A DNA stretch of 64,000 bases, taken from Pristiophorus japonicus. Its lineage: Eukaryota. The DNA is taken from positions 13,330,001-13,394,000 of the forward strand of contig NC_091980.1 in the NCBI RefSeq assembly GCF_044704955.1, given 5' to 3'. Shown one piece after another: positions 39,729 to 52,780 of the stretch; within the stretch, counting starts at the first letter, position 1; each line of letters opens with the position of its first letter. The notes below the pieces were generated by a model that did no database searches, was not told the DNA's origin, and saw only the letters and a program-made list of their open reading frames with translations. A program made the position numbers and the translations under genes.

Positions 39729-40194
39729 TTTATTTAATTAACTTAATTTAAAATCCCCATCTGCCGTGTTGCGATTTGAACTCATATCACTGGATCATTA
39801 ATCCAGGCATACAATATTACTAGTGCAGTCACATACCTCTATGCCACTGTATCCCAGTCGATGTAGCTGGATTTCCGTTTGAAGGAGAGGCAGGGGTTTA
39901 TAGAAATCTTAAGGGAACCGACTGATCATTTTGAGAGGATACGGAAATAATTTATTCTTCCTTAAATGGGAATCAACAGCTGGCTGTGGTTGGAAAACGA
40001 TGATGAAATAATCATACTCAGATTATAAATGGAATTGTATTGATGGACCACAATGCGTTTTGCGGGCTCCTTCCATTCTTACGTTCGTATTTCTTTTATA
40101 GAGATACCTCCTAGCTGAGCTTTAAGATGTTCCTTGTAATTCAGTTCCAGAGCAAACTTTTCGCAATAGGCTGAAACATACATACTGAAAGAAA

Positions 40195-40425
40195 AGCTTA
40201 ACTCAATTTTTCATTGTGCAACAATAAATATAACTATTCTGCGCTGATTTCAGACCGTGCAGCTTTAAGAAATGTACGTATTTTGATTGGTTGATTTTCA
40301 ATAGGGCTCTGTTCACCAATCAAAAGCTGAGATGTGATTGGTGATCCGGCCTGCCTCCTTCACTACCCAGCCACCATCACGTAAGATCAGACGCAGTGTA
40401 ACATTGGGTAGCGAGCAGCTCCGTA
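40195..40425 (+). promoter_or_regulatory. Putative promoter of exon 6 (CSE-like 40303-40320)
   Basis: Paralogous block: AGCTTTAAG 40261, ATTGG 40286, CCAAT 40316. Confidence 0.72.
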
Positions 40426-40623
40426 GGTTTTGTGCAAGAAACCACCGGCAATTGTCGACAAAATGAGAAGATTTAAATGAAATAATCCGAGCGATTCGCA
40501 AAACGTGCGCGTATTTGTTACATCGTAGTTCTTCGAGTTATTTAAGGACAACCACATAACTGTAAAAAGCATAATCAATGGTGCGGACAAATATTGAAAC
40601 AATTGCAATGCTTTGCGCTGGAA

Positions 40624-43089
40624 ATGAAATTTAAAATATACTGTTTGCTGAAATGCCAACTATTGTTCTGTGTGTTCTCCACGTGGAATCTCGTTTCCGG
40701 GAGGATTCATTATTCGATTCCTGAAGAGCTGGAATTGGGCGCCTTTGTTGGGAATCTCGCCGCCGATTTGGGTTTAGATGTAAAGCAGCTCCCGGCTCGC
40801 AGTTTGCGGATTGTGCCGGGACCCAGCAAACAGTATGTGGACGTAAATTTAAACAATGGAATTTTGTTTGTCAAGGATAAACTTGACAGAGAACAGATTT
40901 GCCGGCCAAGCCTGACTTGTGTGTTAACCTTGGACGTTGTGCTTGAAAATCCTCTCAATTTGTACCAGGTGGAAGTGGAGATTCTCGATGTGAACGACAA
41001 TGCTCCCAGTTTTCCACAGGACGAATTCCGCCTTGAAATCTCGGAGCTTGCTGCGCCGGGAGCGCGCTTCCCCCTCGAGTCCGCGCACGATGCGGACATT
41101 GGAACCAACTCAGTACAAATCTACCAGCTCCACCCGAACTACTATTTTATTCTCGATGTACCAATGCGCAGCGGGGAAAGGAAGTGGCCAGTGTTGGTTT
41201 TGCAGAGATCCTTGGATAGAGAAACGGAATCCACCCACAGGCTGACGCTAATTGCCAAGGACGGCGGGGTCCCTGTAAGATCGGGCACTGCTCAGGTTAC
41301 AATCATAGTAAAGGATGAAAACGACAACGCGCCCGTGTTCCCCCAGTCGGTTTATAGGGTCAGCCTGTTGGAAACGGCTGCCACAGGAACCCTGATAATA
41401 ATATTAAACGCCACTGACTTGGACGATGGCTCCAATGGAGAGATAATGTATTCATTCAGTAGCCATACTTCTGCGAAAGCCCGTCAATTGTTTGATCTGG
41501 ATTCGAAAACTGGTGAAATCAGAGTCAAAGGGGACTTGGACTATGAAGAAAGTAGTGTCTTTGAAATTAATATACAAGCGATGGACAAGGGCTCTGGCGC
41601 AATACCCCAGCATTGTGATGTTTTGGTAAATATTATTGACGTGAATGATAACGCACCTGAGGTCACCTTGACATTTTCGTTAAGTAAAGTGTCAGAAGAT
41701 GCTCCGCTCGGGACTGTAGTGGCTCTGTTCAGTGCAGCAGACAAGGACTCGGGACAAGACGGGCAGGTACAATGTCAGATATCAAACAAGCTGCCCTTTA
41801 AACTAGATTCATCTTTGAAGAACTATTATAGACTGCTGATTCAGCATCTTTTGGATCGCGAAAATATCTCCAGGTATGACGTGACTATAACATGCCGGGA
41901 TGCAGGAAACCCTCCTCTCACATCCAGGAAAGCAATTCGGGTAGAGGTTTCGGATATAAATGACAACGCACCACGGTTTACGCAGCCTCTATACACAACA
42001 AACGTGATGGAGAACAACGTTATTGGGGCTTCCATATTCTCCGTGACAGCCCATGATCCAGATTTAGGACAGAACGCTCGACTCAACTATTCTCTCCTGG
42101 AAACTCAAGTTCAGGGCGCCTCAATAGCCAGGTATATCGCTATAAACACAAAGAGTGGTATCATATTTGCTCAGAGATCTTTTGACTACGAGCAATTGAA
42201 AAGCTTTCAGATCCAAGTTCAGGTCGAGGACTCTGGAGTCCCAACACTCACCAGTAACGTTTCAGTGGATGTTGTCATCCTTGATCAGAATGACAATGTT
42301 CCAGTGATCGTGCGCCCATTACCCGAGTATGGGTCAACAGCAACAGAGACAATATCCAGGCATGCAGGACCAGGCTACTTGGTTGCCAAGGTATCGGCCA
42401 CGGATGCTGACGCCGGTCAGAATGCTCGTCTTTCATACCAGATTTTTCAGGCTACCCATCATAATCTTTTTACTATTTCACCCGACACTGGAGAAATTTG
42501 GACTATCCGTCGTATTGTGAATAAGGATGCCTCTAAGCAAAGATTGGTGATTGTGGTAAGAGACAATGGAACACCATTCCTTTCGGCCACTGTGACAATT
42601 ATCTTATCTGTGTTGGGAAGTGATAAAATGTCTTCTAACGTGAGTGGTTTAACTGAAGACCGTGGAATTTATCCTGATATGAGCCTTTCCTTGGTCATCG
42701 CCTTAGGAGTAATTTCTATCATTTTTCTGCCGATTTTGATTATCCTCGCTCTTAAAGTTCATAAAAGCAGAAATGGCTTGGGAGGCCAGCAGTGTTCCCT
42801 GGATGTTTGTTGCTGCTTTCAAACACGAAATTCTCTGAATGGAATTCAGAAGGCCAGTAGAAGCCTTCAGATACCACCGAACTATGTTGAGGTATTCGGG
42901 GGTGATCCCCTTTCTCAGAGTTTCCGCTACGAGTCATGTTCAACATTGCAGTCAACAAAGAGAGACTTCATGACCCGCAACACCTGTAGGTCATCTACAG
43001 GCAAGATGTATGTTCAGAATGAATCTATTGGAAAAGAAACCCCAGGAATGATGAATTCTGACAATTACAGCAACACTGTAAACAATGAG
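40624..43089 (+). CDS. Clustered protocadherin variable exon 6 (822 codons)
   Basis: ATG at 40624. Donor GAG|GTGAGG at 43089/43090. Unspliced stop at 43104. Confidence 0.95.
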
Positions 43090-43610
43090 GTGAGGCACTT
43101 CTAAAAAAGAGAAGAAAATCCTCACAGATTTGATTTGGATTTACAAATATATTTAGGAAAATCAATCACCTGTAAACGAGGGATGGCAGTGATATCTTAA
43201 AGACATAGTTTTCAGTTTTCTGCTCTATTTCCATTTCGAGTTAACATCCCAGTGTCTTTGCTATTTACTGGTATCTTACTTTATATATTTCCACTCCTTT
43301 GTAGTTATGTGTAACTCCAGTGCCTTGTCAAATTAGGGTTAACAAGTATTCAGGAGTCGCCATGATTACGTGGATACTTTTTAAACCACTGGAATGTATT
43401 TCTGGCATGCACATAATGTGCCGCATGGTCTCATTCTCTGTCATAAATTTCTATGACATTTCTATTTAAACATATAGGAATTGCAGACGTTTTCCCACAC
43501 TCTCTAAACATTTACATTTTAATTATTTAGTACGGACCTCAGAGCATGCATGTAACCAAGCAAATGCAGACAACTTTCCTTGGCAGCAGACTTGTAGTTC
43601 CAACCAGGGC

Positions 43611-45730
43611 TTACATAAGATTATATAGGATATCTGGTCAGAAACAGGTCATTCGGCCCAATCAGTCCATGCAGGTATTTATGCTCCACTCGAGCCTTCT
43701 TCCATCCTTCCTCATCTAAATCTATCAGCATAACCTTCTATTCCCTTCTCCCAAATGTGCTTGTCTAGCCTCCCCTTAAATACATGGATACTACTCACTT
43801 CAACAACTCCCTGTTGTAGTGAATTCCACACTCTCACCACTCTTTGGGTAAAGAATTTTCTTCAGAATTCCCTATTGGATTCCTTGGTGACTATCTTACA
43901 TTGATGGCCTCTCGCTATACTCGTTCCCGCAAGCAGATTCGAAAACTGCAACTAGAACGCCCCTATTTAAAAAGGGAGGCAGACAAAAAGCAGGATACTA
44001 TAGACTAGTTGGCCGAATACATCTGTGGTTGGGAAAATGTTGGAGTCCATTATTAAAGAAGCCGTAGCAGGCCATTTGGAAAAGCATCATTCGGCCAGGC
44101 AGAGTAAGCCTGGATTTATGAAGGGGAAGTCATGTGTGACAAATTTGCTGGAATTCTTTGAGGATGTAATGAACAGGGTGGATAAAAGGGAATCAGTGGA
44201 TGTGGTGTATTTGGACTTCCAGAAGGCAATTGACAAGATGCCAAATAAAAGGCTACTGCACAAGATAAAAGGTCATGGCGTTGGGGGTAATATATTAGCA
44301 TGGATAGAGGATTGGCTAACTAACAGAAAACAGAGAGTCAGGATAAATGGTTCATTCTCAGGTTGGCAATCATTAATTGGTGTGGTGCCGCAGGGATCAA
44401 TGCTGGGATCCAACTATTTACAATCTATATTAACGATTTGGAAGAAAGAACCGAGTGTAATGTAGCTAAGTTTGCTGACGATACAAAGTTGGGAGGAAAA
44501 GCAACGTGTGACGAGTACACAAAAAATCTGCAAAAGGATATAGACGGACTAAGTGAGTGGACAAAAATTTTGCAGATGGAATATAATGTTGGAAAGTGTG
44601 AGGTCATATACTTTGGCAGAAAAAAATCAAAGAGCAAGTTATTATTTAATTGGAGAAAAATTGCAAAGTGCTGCAGTACAGCGAGACCTGGGGGTACTTG
44701 CGCATGAAACACAAAAGGTTAGTATGCAGGTACAGCAATTGATCAGGAAGGCCAACGGTATCTTGGCCTTTATTGCAAAGGGGATGGAGTATAAAAGCAG
44801 GAAAGTCTTGCTGCAGTTATATAGGGTATTGATGAGGCCACACCTGGAATACTGCGTGCAGTTTTGGTTTCCATATTTAAGAAAGGATATACTTGCTTTG
44901 GAAGCAGTTCGGAGAATGTTCACTCAGTTGATTCCGGAGATGTGAGGGGTTGGCTTTTGAGGAAAGGTTGAGTAGGTTGGGCCTCTACTCATTGGAATTC
45001 GGAAGAATGAGAGGTGATCTTATCAAAACGTATAAGATTATCACGAGGCTTGACAAGTTGGATGTAGAGAGGATGTTTCCTCTGATAGAGGAGACTAGAA
45101 CTAGGGTGTATAATCTAAAAATAAAGGGTCGCCCATTTAAAACTGAGATGGGGAGGAATTTCTTCTCTCAGAGGATTGTAAATCTGTAGAATTCGCTGCC
45201 TCAGAGAGCTGTGGAAGCTGGGACATTGAACAAATTTAAGACAGAGATAGACAGTTTCTCTTAACCAATAAGGGAATAAAGGGTGATGGGGAGCAGGCAG
45301 GGAAGTGGACCTGAGTCCATGATTGGATCAGCCACGTTCGTTATAAATGATGGAGCAGGCTCGAGGGGCCATATGGCCTATTCCTGCTCCTATTTCTTAT
45401 GTTGTTATGTTAAGTAGAAACATTCTCTCTGTCCCACTCTCTCAAAATATTTCATAATTTTAAAGACCTCAATTAGGTCACCCCTCAGCCTTCTTTTTTC
45501 AAGAGAAAAGAGACCTAGCTTGTTCATCCTTTCCTGATATAGATACCTTCGAATTTCTGGTATTATCCTTGTAAATCATCGCTGCACCCTCTACAGTGCC
45601 TCTCTATCCTTTTTATAATATGTTTACCAGAATTGAATGCAGAGCTCTAAATGTGGTCATGCCAAGGATCGATATAGGTTTAGCATAACTTCCCTACGTT
45701 TCAATTCTTTACCTCTAGAAATAAACTCGT
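43611..45730 (-). mobile_element. Older CR1 3' portion, minus strand, split by a younger CR1
   Basis: Left arm has the tail and WNSL-type coding on the reverse strand; the right arm resumes at ~45412. Confidence 0.7.
43935..45411 (+). mobile_element. Young CR1 LINE RT fragment nested in the older CR1
   Basis: YLDFQKAIDK, PQGS, KFADDTKL and LEYCVQFW motifs; tail TTCTTATGTTGTTATGTT. Confidence 0.92.
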
Positions 45731-45961
45731 ATTACTTATAGACAGGTTACTTAATAGTGGACGTGGTATCGAACCAATAAGAAAAGATGTGGAAATTTTG
45801 GAGGACCCTGACTCCACCATTATTACCACAAAATAATTAACTTATCATATTGTTGGTTGTGGGGTCTTCCTATGCGTAAAATAGGTTACTGTTCTACCTC
45901 CATAAAATAAGCTACTACAGCTTGAAGTATTTGTGGTACCTTGATACGTTTCTTAGCTTGA

Positions 45962-46551
45962 TTTTGTTTCTTTCATTTGAATGTGGTCGTCGAGAGCAAG
46001 GCCAGCATTTATTGACCATTCCTAATTGCCCTGGAGAAGTTCTTGGTGAGCCATGGAAAGGTTTATATCAGGATTTAATCCAGGGTATTCAGTTAAACCA
46101 CTCATATTAGGTTTCCTTCCCTAAGCGACATCAGTGAATCAGATGGGTTTTTACAACAATCAGTAGTTTTATGCTCACCATTAATGTAACAACAACAACT
46201 TGTATTTATATAGCGCCTTTAATATAGTAAAAGAATCACATGGCACTTCGTAGGAGTATTATAAAGGAGAATTGGACACCGAGCCACGTTAAGTATAGAT
46301 TAGGGCAGGTGACCAAAAGTTAGGTTAAGGAGCTAGGTTTTAATATGCATCTTAAAGGAGGAAAGAGAGGTAGACAGGTAGAGAGGTTTAGGCAGGGAAT
46401 TTCAGGGCTTACTTAAATTACTTAAATTCACGTATTTAAGTAATTGAATTTAAATTCCCAAGCTTCCGTTGTGTGATTTAGACTCGTGTCTCTGGATCAT
46501 TAGTCCAGCACTCTGGATTACTAGTCCAGTAACATAACTACTATGCTAACA
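45962..46551 (-). mobile_element. tRNA-derived SINE (same family as 58001-58362), interrupted by an L2 3' fragment
   Basis: Tail GGCCAGCATTTATTG at left; head CTGGATTACTAGTCCAGTAACATAACTACTATGCTA at right. Confidence 0.65.
46189..46410 (-). mobile_element. L2-clade LINE 3' end
   Basis: (AAC)n TTGTATTTATATAGCGCCTTT tail and coding end match 50795-51370. Confidence 0.7.
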
Positions 46552-47059
46552 TACCTGTTTGATGGGGCGCTATATAATTCCAGGTCCTTTTGTTTGCAGT
46601 GCATCCCATTATTTCATAAATGCTAAATAATAACAAGAACGACAGAGCAGTTACACCAAGTGCTCACAAACGATGTACTGTACATTTTCTAACTGTCCCA
46701 TATTTCCCGTAGCATATAAAATACCTCCCACGATCCTCCTTGGTCTGAGAACTGTAATTGAAATCATTCCCCTCAACATTTCCTTTTTTGAAGCAACACC
46801 GTTATTAAGTCATAAAATTCTGCCACTGTGATTGAGTATACAATAAATATTATGTGATGCCATGTGTAAGGTTACATTGAATTAACTGTATTTAGTGGAG
46901 AATAAAGCAGAAAATGTAAGGGTTCGCCTAACATGTAATGTGTCCAGAAAAATATGTATTGTAGATGGAAAGGGAATTGTTCCTCGGGATATTCACTGCA
47001 AAACATTTCTCAAGGAACACGCTAGCAGCGAGAATTAAAATGATGAAGAAAAAAGGTGA

Positions 47060-47280
47060 CCTGATTTTTAATTGCACAACAAGAAATGTTAATTTTAATC
47101 CCCAAAATTCCAAGACATTCTAGCTTTAAGAAATACTTATTATAGTGATTGGTTGAACGTTCGAGGACCGCGTAAACCAATCAGAAGCTGCAATGTGACT
47201 GGAGATCTTGACTGCCCCCTTCCCTCCCCATCCTCCATCACACACCATCAGATACAGTGTAAAACTGAATGGCGAACGGC
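47060..47280 (+). promoter_or_regulatory. Putative promoter of exon 7
   Basis: TTGCACAA 47072, AGCTTTAAG 47122, ATTGG 47148, CCAAT 47177, GACTGGAGATC; same order and nearly the same spacing although the rest of the spacer is unrelated. Confidence 0.72.
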
Positions 47281-47485
47281 GGAACGTATGTTAGGTCTAT
47301 GCGGCGACTGAGAATTTTCAGCGAAATAAGAAGGTTTGCGAAATAATCTCAGCGAAGCCCAAAGCGTGCAGGTATGCATTGTAATTCCTCTTCACCAAGA
47401 AGATGATATATAAAGAACTATATTTTCAGGTTTGAATTAACGGCGCCGTACAGCGCTGAAGCAACTGGAATGCTTTGTGCTGGCG

Positions 47486-49942
47486 ATGGGATATTATCAA
47501 ATAAATTGGCAACTGTTGTATTCTATTTGCCTCTTCTGGATTGTAGTCTCTGGGCAGATTCGCTATCAGATTCCTGAAGAACTGCAGCTAGGCGCCTTTG
47601 TTGGAAATATCGCAAATGATCTGGGATTACGGACAAAACAGCTCTCGGCTCGAAATTTTCGGATTGTGCCCGGTCCCCGGAAGCAGTATTTGGAGGTAAA
47701 TTTAGACAATGGGATTTTGTTTGTGAAAGAAAAAATTGACAGGGAGCAGCTCTGTGGGTCGGGCCTCACATGCATGTTGCCTTTGGAGACCGTGATCGAA
47801 AACCCCTTGACCGTGTACCACATTGAAGTGGAGATTCTCGATATAAACGACAACGCTCCCACGTTTCCGAATAGCCAGTTTCGCCTTAAAATCTCCGAGC
47901 TTGCTGCGCCGGGAGCGCGCTTCGCCCTGGAGTGCGCGCACGACCCGGACGTTGGAACCAACTCCCTGCAAACCTACCAGCTGGCTGCTAACGAATATTT
48001 CGATTTAAATATTGATTCGCGGGGTGGGGACGGAAAGTTACCAGTATTGGTGCTGGAACGGCCCTTGGACAGAGAACAGCAAGCGACCCACAGGTTAGGA
48101 CTAATTGCCAAGGACGGTGGGATTCCTGTAAAGTCGGGCACTGCTGAAATAATAATTATAGTGCAAGATGAAAATGACAACGCGCCCGTCTTCCCAAATT
48201 CAGATTACAGAATTAGCCTGTTAGAAAACGCACCCAAAGGAACCTTGCTTATCAAATTAAACGCCACTGATTTAGATGAAGGTCCCAATGGAGAGATATT
48301 GTACTCTTTTAGTAGTCATACCTCTGTTAGAGTCCGTGAGCTATTTACTGTGGATTCAAAAACTGGTGAAATCAGAGTTAAAGGAAATTTGGATTATGAA
48401 GAAGAAAGTGTTTTTGAAATTAACATACAGGCGCTGGACCAGGGCATTAATCCAAACCCCGGATATTGTCACATTCTGGTTAACATTATCGATGCTAATG
48501 ATAACGCACCTGAGATGACACTAACCTCTTTGTTCAGTCCTGTCAGTGAAGACTCCAAACCCGGGACTGTGGTTGCTCTAATCAGTGTATCAGACAAAGA
48601 TTCGGGAGAGAATGGGCAGATAAAATGTGAAATCGCAAACAACCTGCCTTTCAGCCTAGATTCTTCACTGAGAAACTATTACCGATTGCTCACTCGGCAG
48701 CTGCTGGATCGAGAAAATATCTCAAAGTATGACGTTGCTGTCATCTGCAGTGACTCGGGATCTCCTCCACTCGAATCTAGGAAAAGCATTCCAGTTCAAA
48801 TTTCGGATATAAATGACAACGCGCCACGCTTTACGCAGACTTCCTATACAGCTTACGTGACGGAGAACAACGTGATTGGGACTTCAATCTTTGCAGTGAC
48901 GGCTCTTGATGCAGATTTAAACCTCAACTCCCGATTATGCTACTCTATCCTCGAAAGCCAGGTTCAGAGCGAGCCGGTGTCCACTTATGTCAATATCAAT
49001 TCCAGAAATGGTGTCATATTTTCTCAGAGAACTTTTGATTATGAGCAACTCAAAAGCTTTCAGATCCAGGTCCAGGCACAGGACTCTGGAGTCCCACCAC
49101 TCACCAGTGACGTTTCGGTGGATATAATTGTCCTGGATCAGAATGACAATGCCCCGGTGATCATGCACCCTTTCACGGAGTACGGCTCAACAGCGTTGGA
49201 GACAGTATCCAGGTTTGCAGAGCCGGGCTACCTGGTTACTAAGGTAACGGCCACAGATGCTGACTCGGGCCAGAATGCTCGGCTCTCTTACCAGATTCTC
49301 CAGTCGACTGACCCTGGACTGTTCACCATCTCGTCTGATACAGGGGACATCTGGACAATCCGTGGCTTCGCGGGCAGAGATGCGAATAAGCAAATGCTGG
49401 TTGTCGCGGTAAACGACAATGGGACCCCGGCGCTTACTTCTACAATGACACTCCTCTTGTCAGTGGTGGAGGGCGATACAGAAATGCTCTCTGATATGGG
49501 CAATTTATCTGAAGATCTCGGGTTGACTCATGATATAAGCTTTTACTTAGTTATATCTTTGGGGATAATCTCGTCCATTTTTCTCGTCGTTTTAATTGTT
49601 CTTGCTATTACAGTCCACAAAAACAGGAGTGGTTTTGGTGGCTATTCCTGTGCCCTGGATATGTGCTGTTGTTTTCGAGCTAGGAACTCGCTGAACGGGA
49701 GTCAGAAAGCCAGTAGGAATATCCAGATCCCTCCGAACTACGTTGAAGTATTTGGGGGCGATCCACTTTCTCAAAGTTTCCGCTACGGGACCTGTTCGAC
49801 TTCAGATTTGACCAAGGGAGAGTTTTTGTTCTCCAACAGGTGCCGTTTGTCTACCGGCAAGAATAATATCGGCATCGAAAATACGTGGAATAAAGATAAG
49901 CCACAAGCATTACATTCTCCCAATTGTAGAAACATTAGTGAG
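47486..49942 (+). CDS. Clustered protocadherin variable exon 7 (819 codons; divergent subgroup)
   Basis: ATG at 47486 (gcgATGg). Six EC repeats, TM, PPNYVEVFGGDPLSQSFRY. Donor GAG|GTGAGA at 49942/49943. Confidence 0.95.
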
Positions 49943-50794
49943 GTGAGACGGTCGTAATATAGCTTGATTGCTTATATCTGGATCCACAAGTAAACTTCGT
50001 CGAAGGGTACTGTCTGTTACTGCGGGAGCGCTGTTGCAATAGATAAGTGAGCTTCATAAATCTCACTTTGCTCTTTTGGTTTCTAATCATTATGGGCAGA
50101 GAAAACTCTATAATTTGTGTGGTATCCGTTAGAATGCTTCCGCATTAACGTAAGGTGAAATAATTGTGGCTCTTTATGCACTTTTCCCCACCGTTACAGC
50201 TCCCATTAACTGGTCGCTGTGCATTGTAGGTAACATCAATTCGTTGTCCATGTAATATAAAGCTGCAATGTTATCAGACAGAGGGTAGATATCCAACCAG
50301 CGACTACTTACTGGTCTGACATGAACGTGACATCAAAATATTACTGATCCATATTTAATGTAAGTTAATTCATAACTAAAAGCTTAATAATATGGGCTAC
50401 ATTAAGAAATGCCATTTAGTTTTGATTAGTTTAAATTCGGTTTGGTAAAGGTATATGGTCATCAAAGTAGTACTATCTATATATATCGATATATACAGGT
50501 GTGTGTATGTGCTTGGGCGTGTGCGCACGATCACGTGATGCCTAAATAGCAGTCAAGGCAAATAACGAATAGCGTTACAGCAGCAATCAGACGGATCAAA
50601 TTAAGTTTTTGGCAACTGGAGCTATATGTGGCAGGTGCAGTTCAATGTTAATAAGCGAAAATAATTGTAATAGAAGCAAGGAAATGAAAGGATTATGCGC
50701 TGACTGAAACTGTGCTGATCAGAGAAAAAATATCTTGGTGTAATGGTGAATAAATCTATAAACTGAGTTTCGTGTTTAGCTTCAGTTTAACCAC

Positions 50795-51370
50795 AACAAC
50801 AACAAAAACTTGTATTTATATAGCGCCTTTAATGTAATGAAACGTCCCAAAGTGCTTCACAGGATTATAATGAGATAAAAATGTTGATCCCGTGCTGATA
50901 AGTAGAATTTAGTGCAGGTGGCCAAAAGCTTGGTCGAAGAGGTATGTTTTATGGAGCGTCTTGAAGGAGAAAAGAGAGGTAGAGAAGAAGAGAGGTTTAG
51001 GCAGGGAGTTCCAGAGCTTGTGGCCTAGGCAACAGAAGTCACGGCCACCAATAGTTGAGCGATTATAATCAGGAATGCTCAAGATGGCAGAATTAGAGGA
51101 GCGCAGACATCTCTGTATGTTGTGGAGCTGGAGGATATTACAGATATGGGGAGGGGCGAGGCCATGGAAGGATTTGAAAATAAGTATGAGAATTTCGAAC
51201 TCGAGGCATTGCTTAACCGGAAGGCAATGTAGTTCAGCGAGCAATGGAGTGATAGGTGAGCGGGACTTGGTGCGAGTTGGGACACGGGCCATTGTGTTTT
51301 GGATCACCTCTAGTTCATGTAGTGTAGAATGTGGGAGGCCAGCCAGGAGTGCATTGGAATAGTCAAGTAT
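50795..51370 (-). mobile_element. L2-clade LINE 3' fragment
   Basis: ORF with LDYSNALLAGLP, IQN, ITPLLAELHCLPV, HGLAP, LWNSLP and FKTLHKTYLF (typical L2 ORF2 C-terminus); (GTT)n tail. Confidence 0.85.
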
Positions 51371-51764
51371 CTTGGTAACACATGTATAGAAGATGCAAAA
51401 ACGTATTGGGGTTGGATAGTCAGAGAAATATAGTAGAAAAGAAAATATCGTGGTAAAGGGCTTTGGCCCGATTCTCTCTGGAAAACCATGTGCCGTTATG
51501 GGCACCTGATCATAGGAAGGATATTATTCCCTTTAGAACAATGCAGAGTCATCAAACAAGAAGATTTGTGGCATCAGGAGTTACTGTTATAAGGAAAGGC
51601 TAATAATTTTAAGCGCATTACTTATGGAAATGAAAAGATTTTGAGGTGACCTAACTGACGTTTTGAAGGAACTTGACAATCATAATCCAGGTAAATGATT
51701 TATTATGAAGATAGCTTCAAATACCAGGACACTTATGTTAAAAATTTAGTGTTAAAAAAAAAGA

Positions 51765-52200
51765 AAGACAGAATTACATTTATATAGCGTCCTTCATGAC
51801 CACCTGACGTCCCAAAGCACTTTACAACCAACAAAGTATTTTTTGAGGCTGTTTTAATGAAGGAAATGCTGCAGCCTATTTGCACACAGCAAGGTCCCCC
51901 AAACAACAACGTGATAGATATTGACCGTATAATCTGTATGTTGTTAGTGATATTGATTGAGGGATAAATATTGGCTAGGACACAGGGGATAGCTCCCCTG
52001 CTCTTCTTTAAAATAGTGCCATGAGATCGTTTATGTCGACCTGAAACAATAGACAGGGTCTCAGTTTAATGTCTTCCAAAAGACAACATCTCCAACAGTG
52101 CAGCATTCCCTCATACTATATTTTTCAGCTCAATCTGTGAAGTGGGACTTGAAGCCACAAACTTCTGACTCAGAGGTGAGGGTGCTGCCAACTGAGCCAC
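51765..52200 (-). mobile_element. DeuSINE-like (SacSINE1/AmnSINE1-type) SINE, near full length
   Basis: tRNA-like head GTGGCTCAGTTGG...TTCAAGTCCC, central GTGTCCTAGCCAATATTTATCCCTCAA...GCTGTGTGCAAAT domain and L2-like tail. Family name is from recall. Confidence 0.7.
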
Positions 52201-52524
52201 ACGTGGCACTTGTTGAAAGCAAGAAAGAAAGTTAGGCAAATGGTAGAGGGACTGTGGGTGTACTGCGCCAATGGACAATAAAGTAGATGCATGAATTGAT
52301 TCAAGAGGCAAATCGATACATAAAGATACAAAGTGTTAGGTGGTGTCGATATATGAAGATAACCATATTATGCTAAGTAGCCATTTTATGTTGCTAAAAT
52401 ATCTTATGTTCTCTGAATGACTTTAGTGCTAGGGATTAGCTCAACTTCCATTTAAACAATCCAGTGTTAGTATCAAATACTCTCACATTAGACATTGCAC
52501 AGCCACCAGTGCACTACAGCTACA

Positions 52525-52780
52525 GCTGGGAAAAAGAATCAGAGGGAAGATGAGGAGTTTTTTTTTAACGCAGCGAGTTGCTATGATCTGGAAAGCACTG
52601 CCTGAACCGTTGGTGGAAGCAGTTTTGATAACGAGTTTCAAAGAAAATTTTGGATATATACTTGAAAAGGAATCATTTGCAGGGCTGTAGGGGAAGAGCA
52701 GGGGAATTGGATAGCTTTTTCAAAGAGCCAGCAAGGCATGATGGGCCAAATTACACCTTCTGTGCTGTACGATTCTATGT
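52525..52780 (+). mobile_element. Old CR1 3' fragment
   Basis: TTTTTAACGCAGCGAGTTG...TGGAAAGCACTGCCTG (FFTQRV..W.ALP) and tail TGTGCTGTACGATTCTATG. Confidence 0.6.

Larger units (their letters stand above)
1..43600 (+). repeat. Tandem array of ~7-8 kb duplicated units (spacer + promoter + variable exon), six copies
   Basis: Spacer landmarks recur in order in every unit (e.g. AATATTTAGATA, GGTGAGACCAC, TTTTAATCAGC, CCATTTGCAG, GGAGAAGTAACTG). ATG-to-ATG periods are 8312, 6756, 7722, 7112 and 7283 bp, with differences largely explained by retroposon insertions. Confidence 0.9.

Noticed and set aside
52141-52200. tRNA-like A/B boxes (also 2590-2682 and 58001)
   Set aside because: They are SINE heads attached to SINE bodies and tails; no complete cloverleaf.
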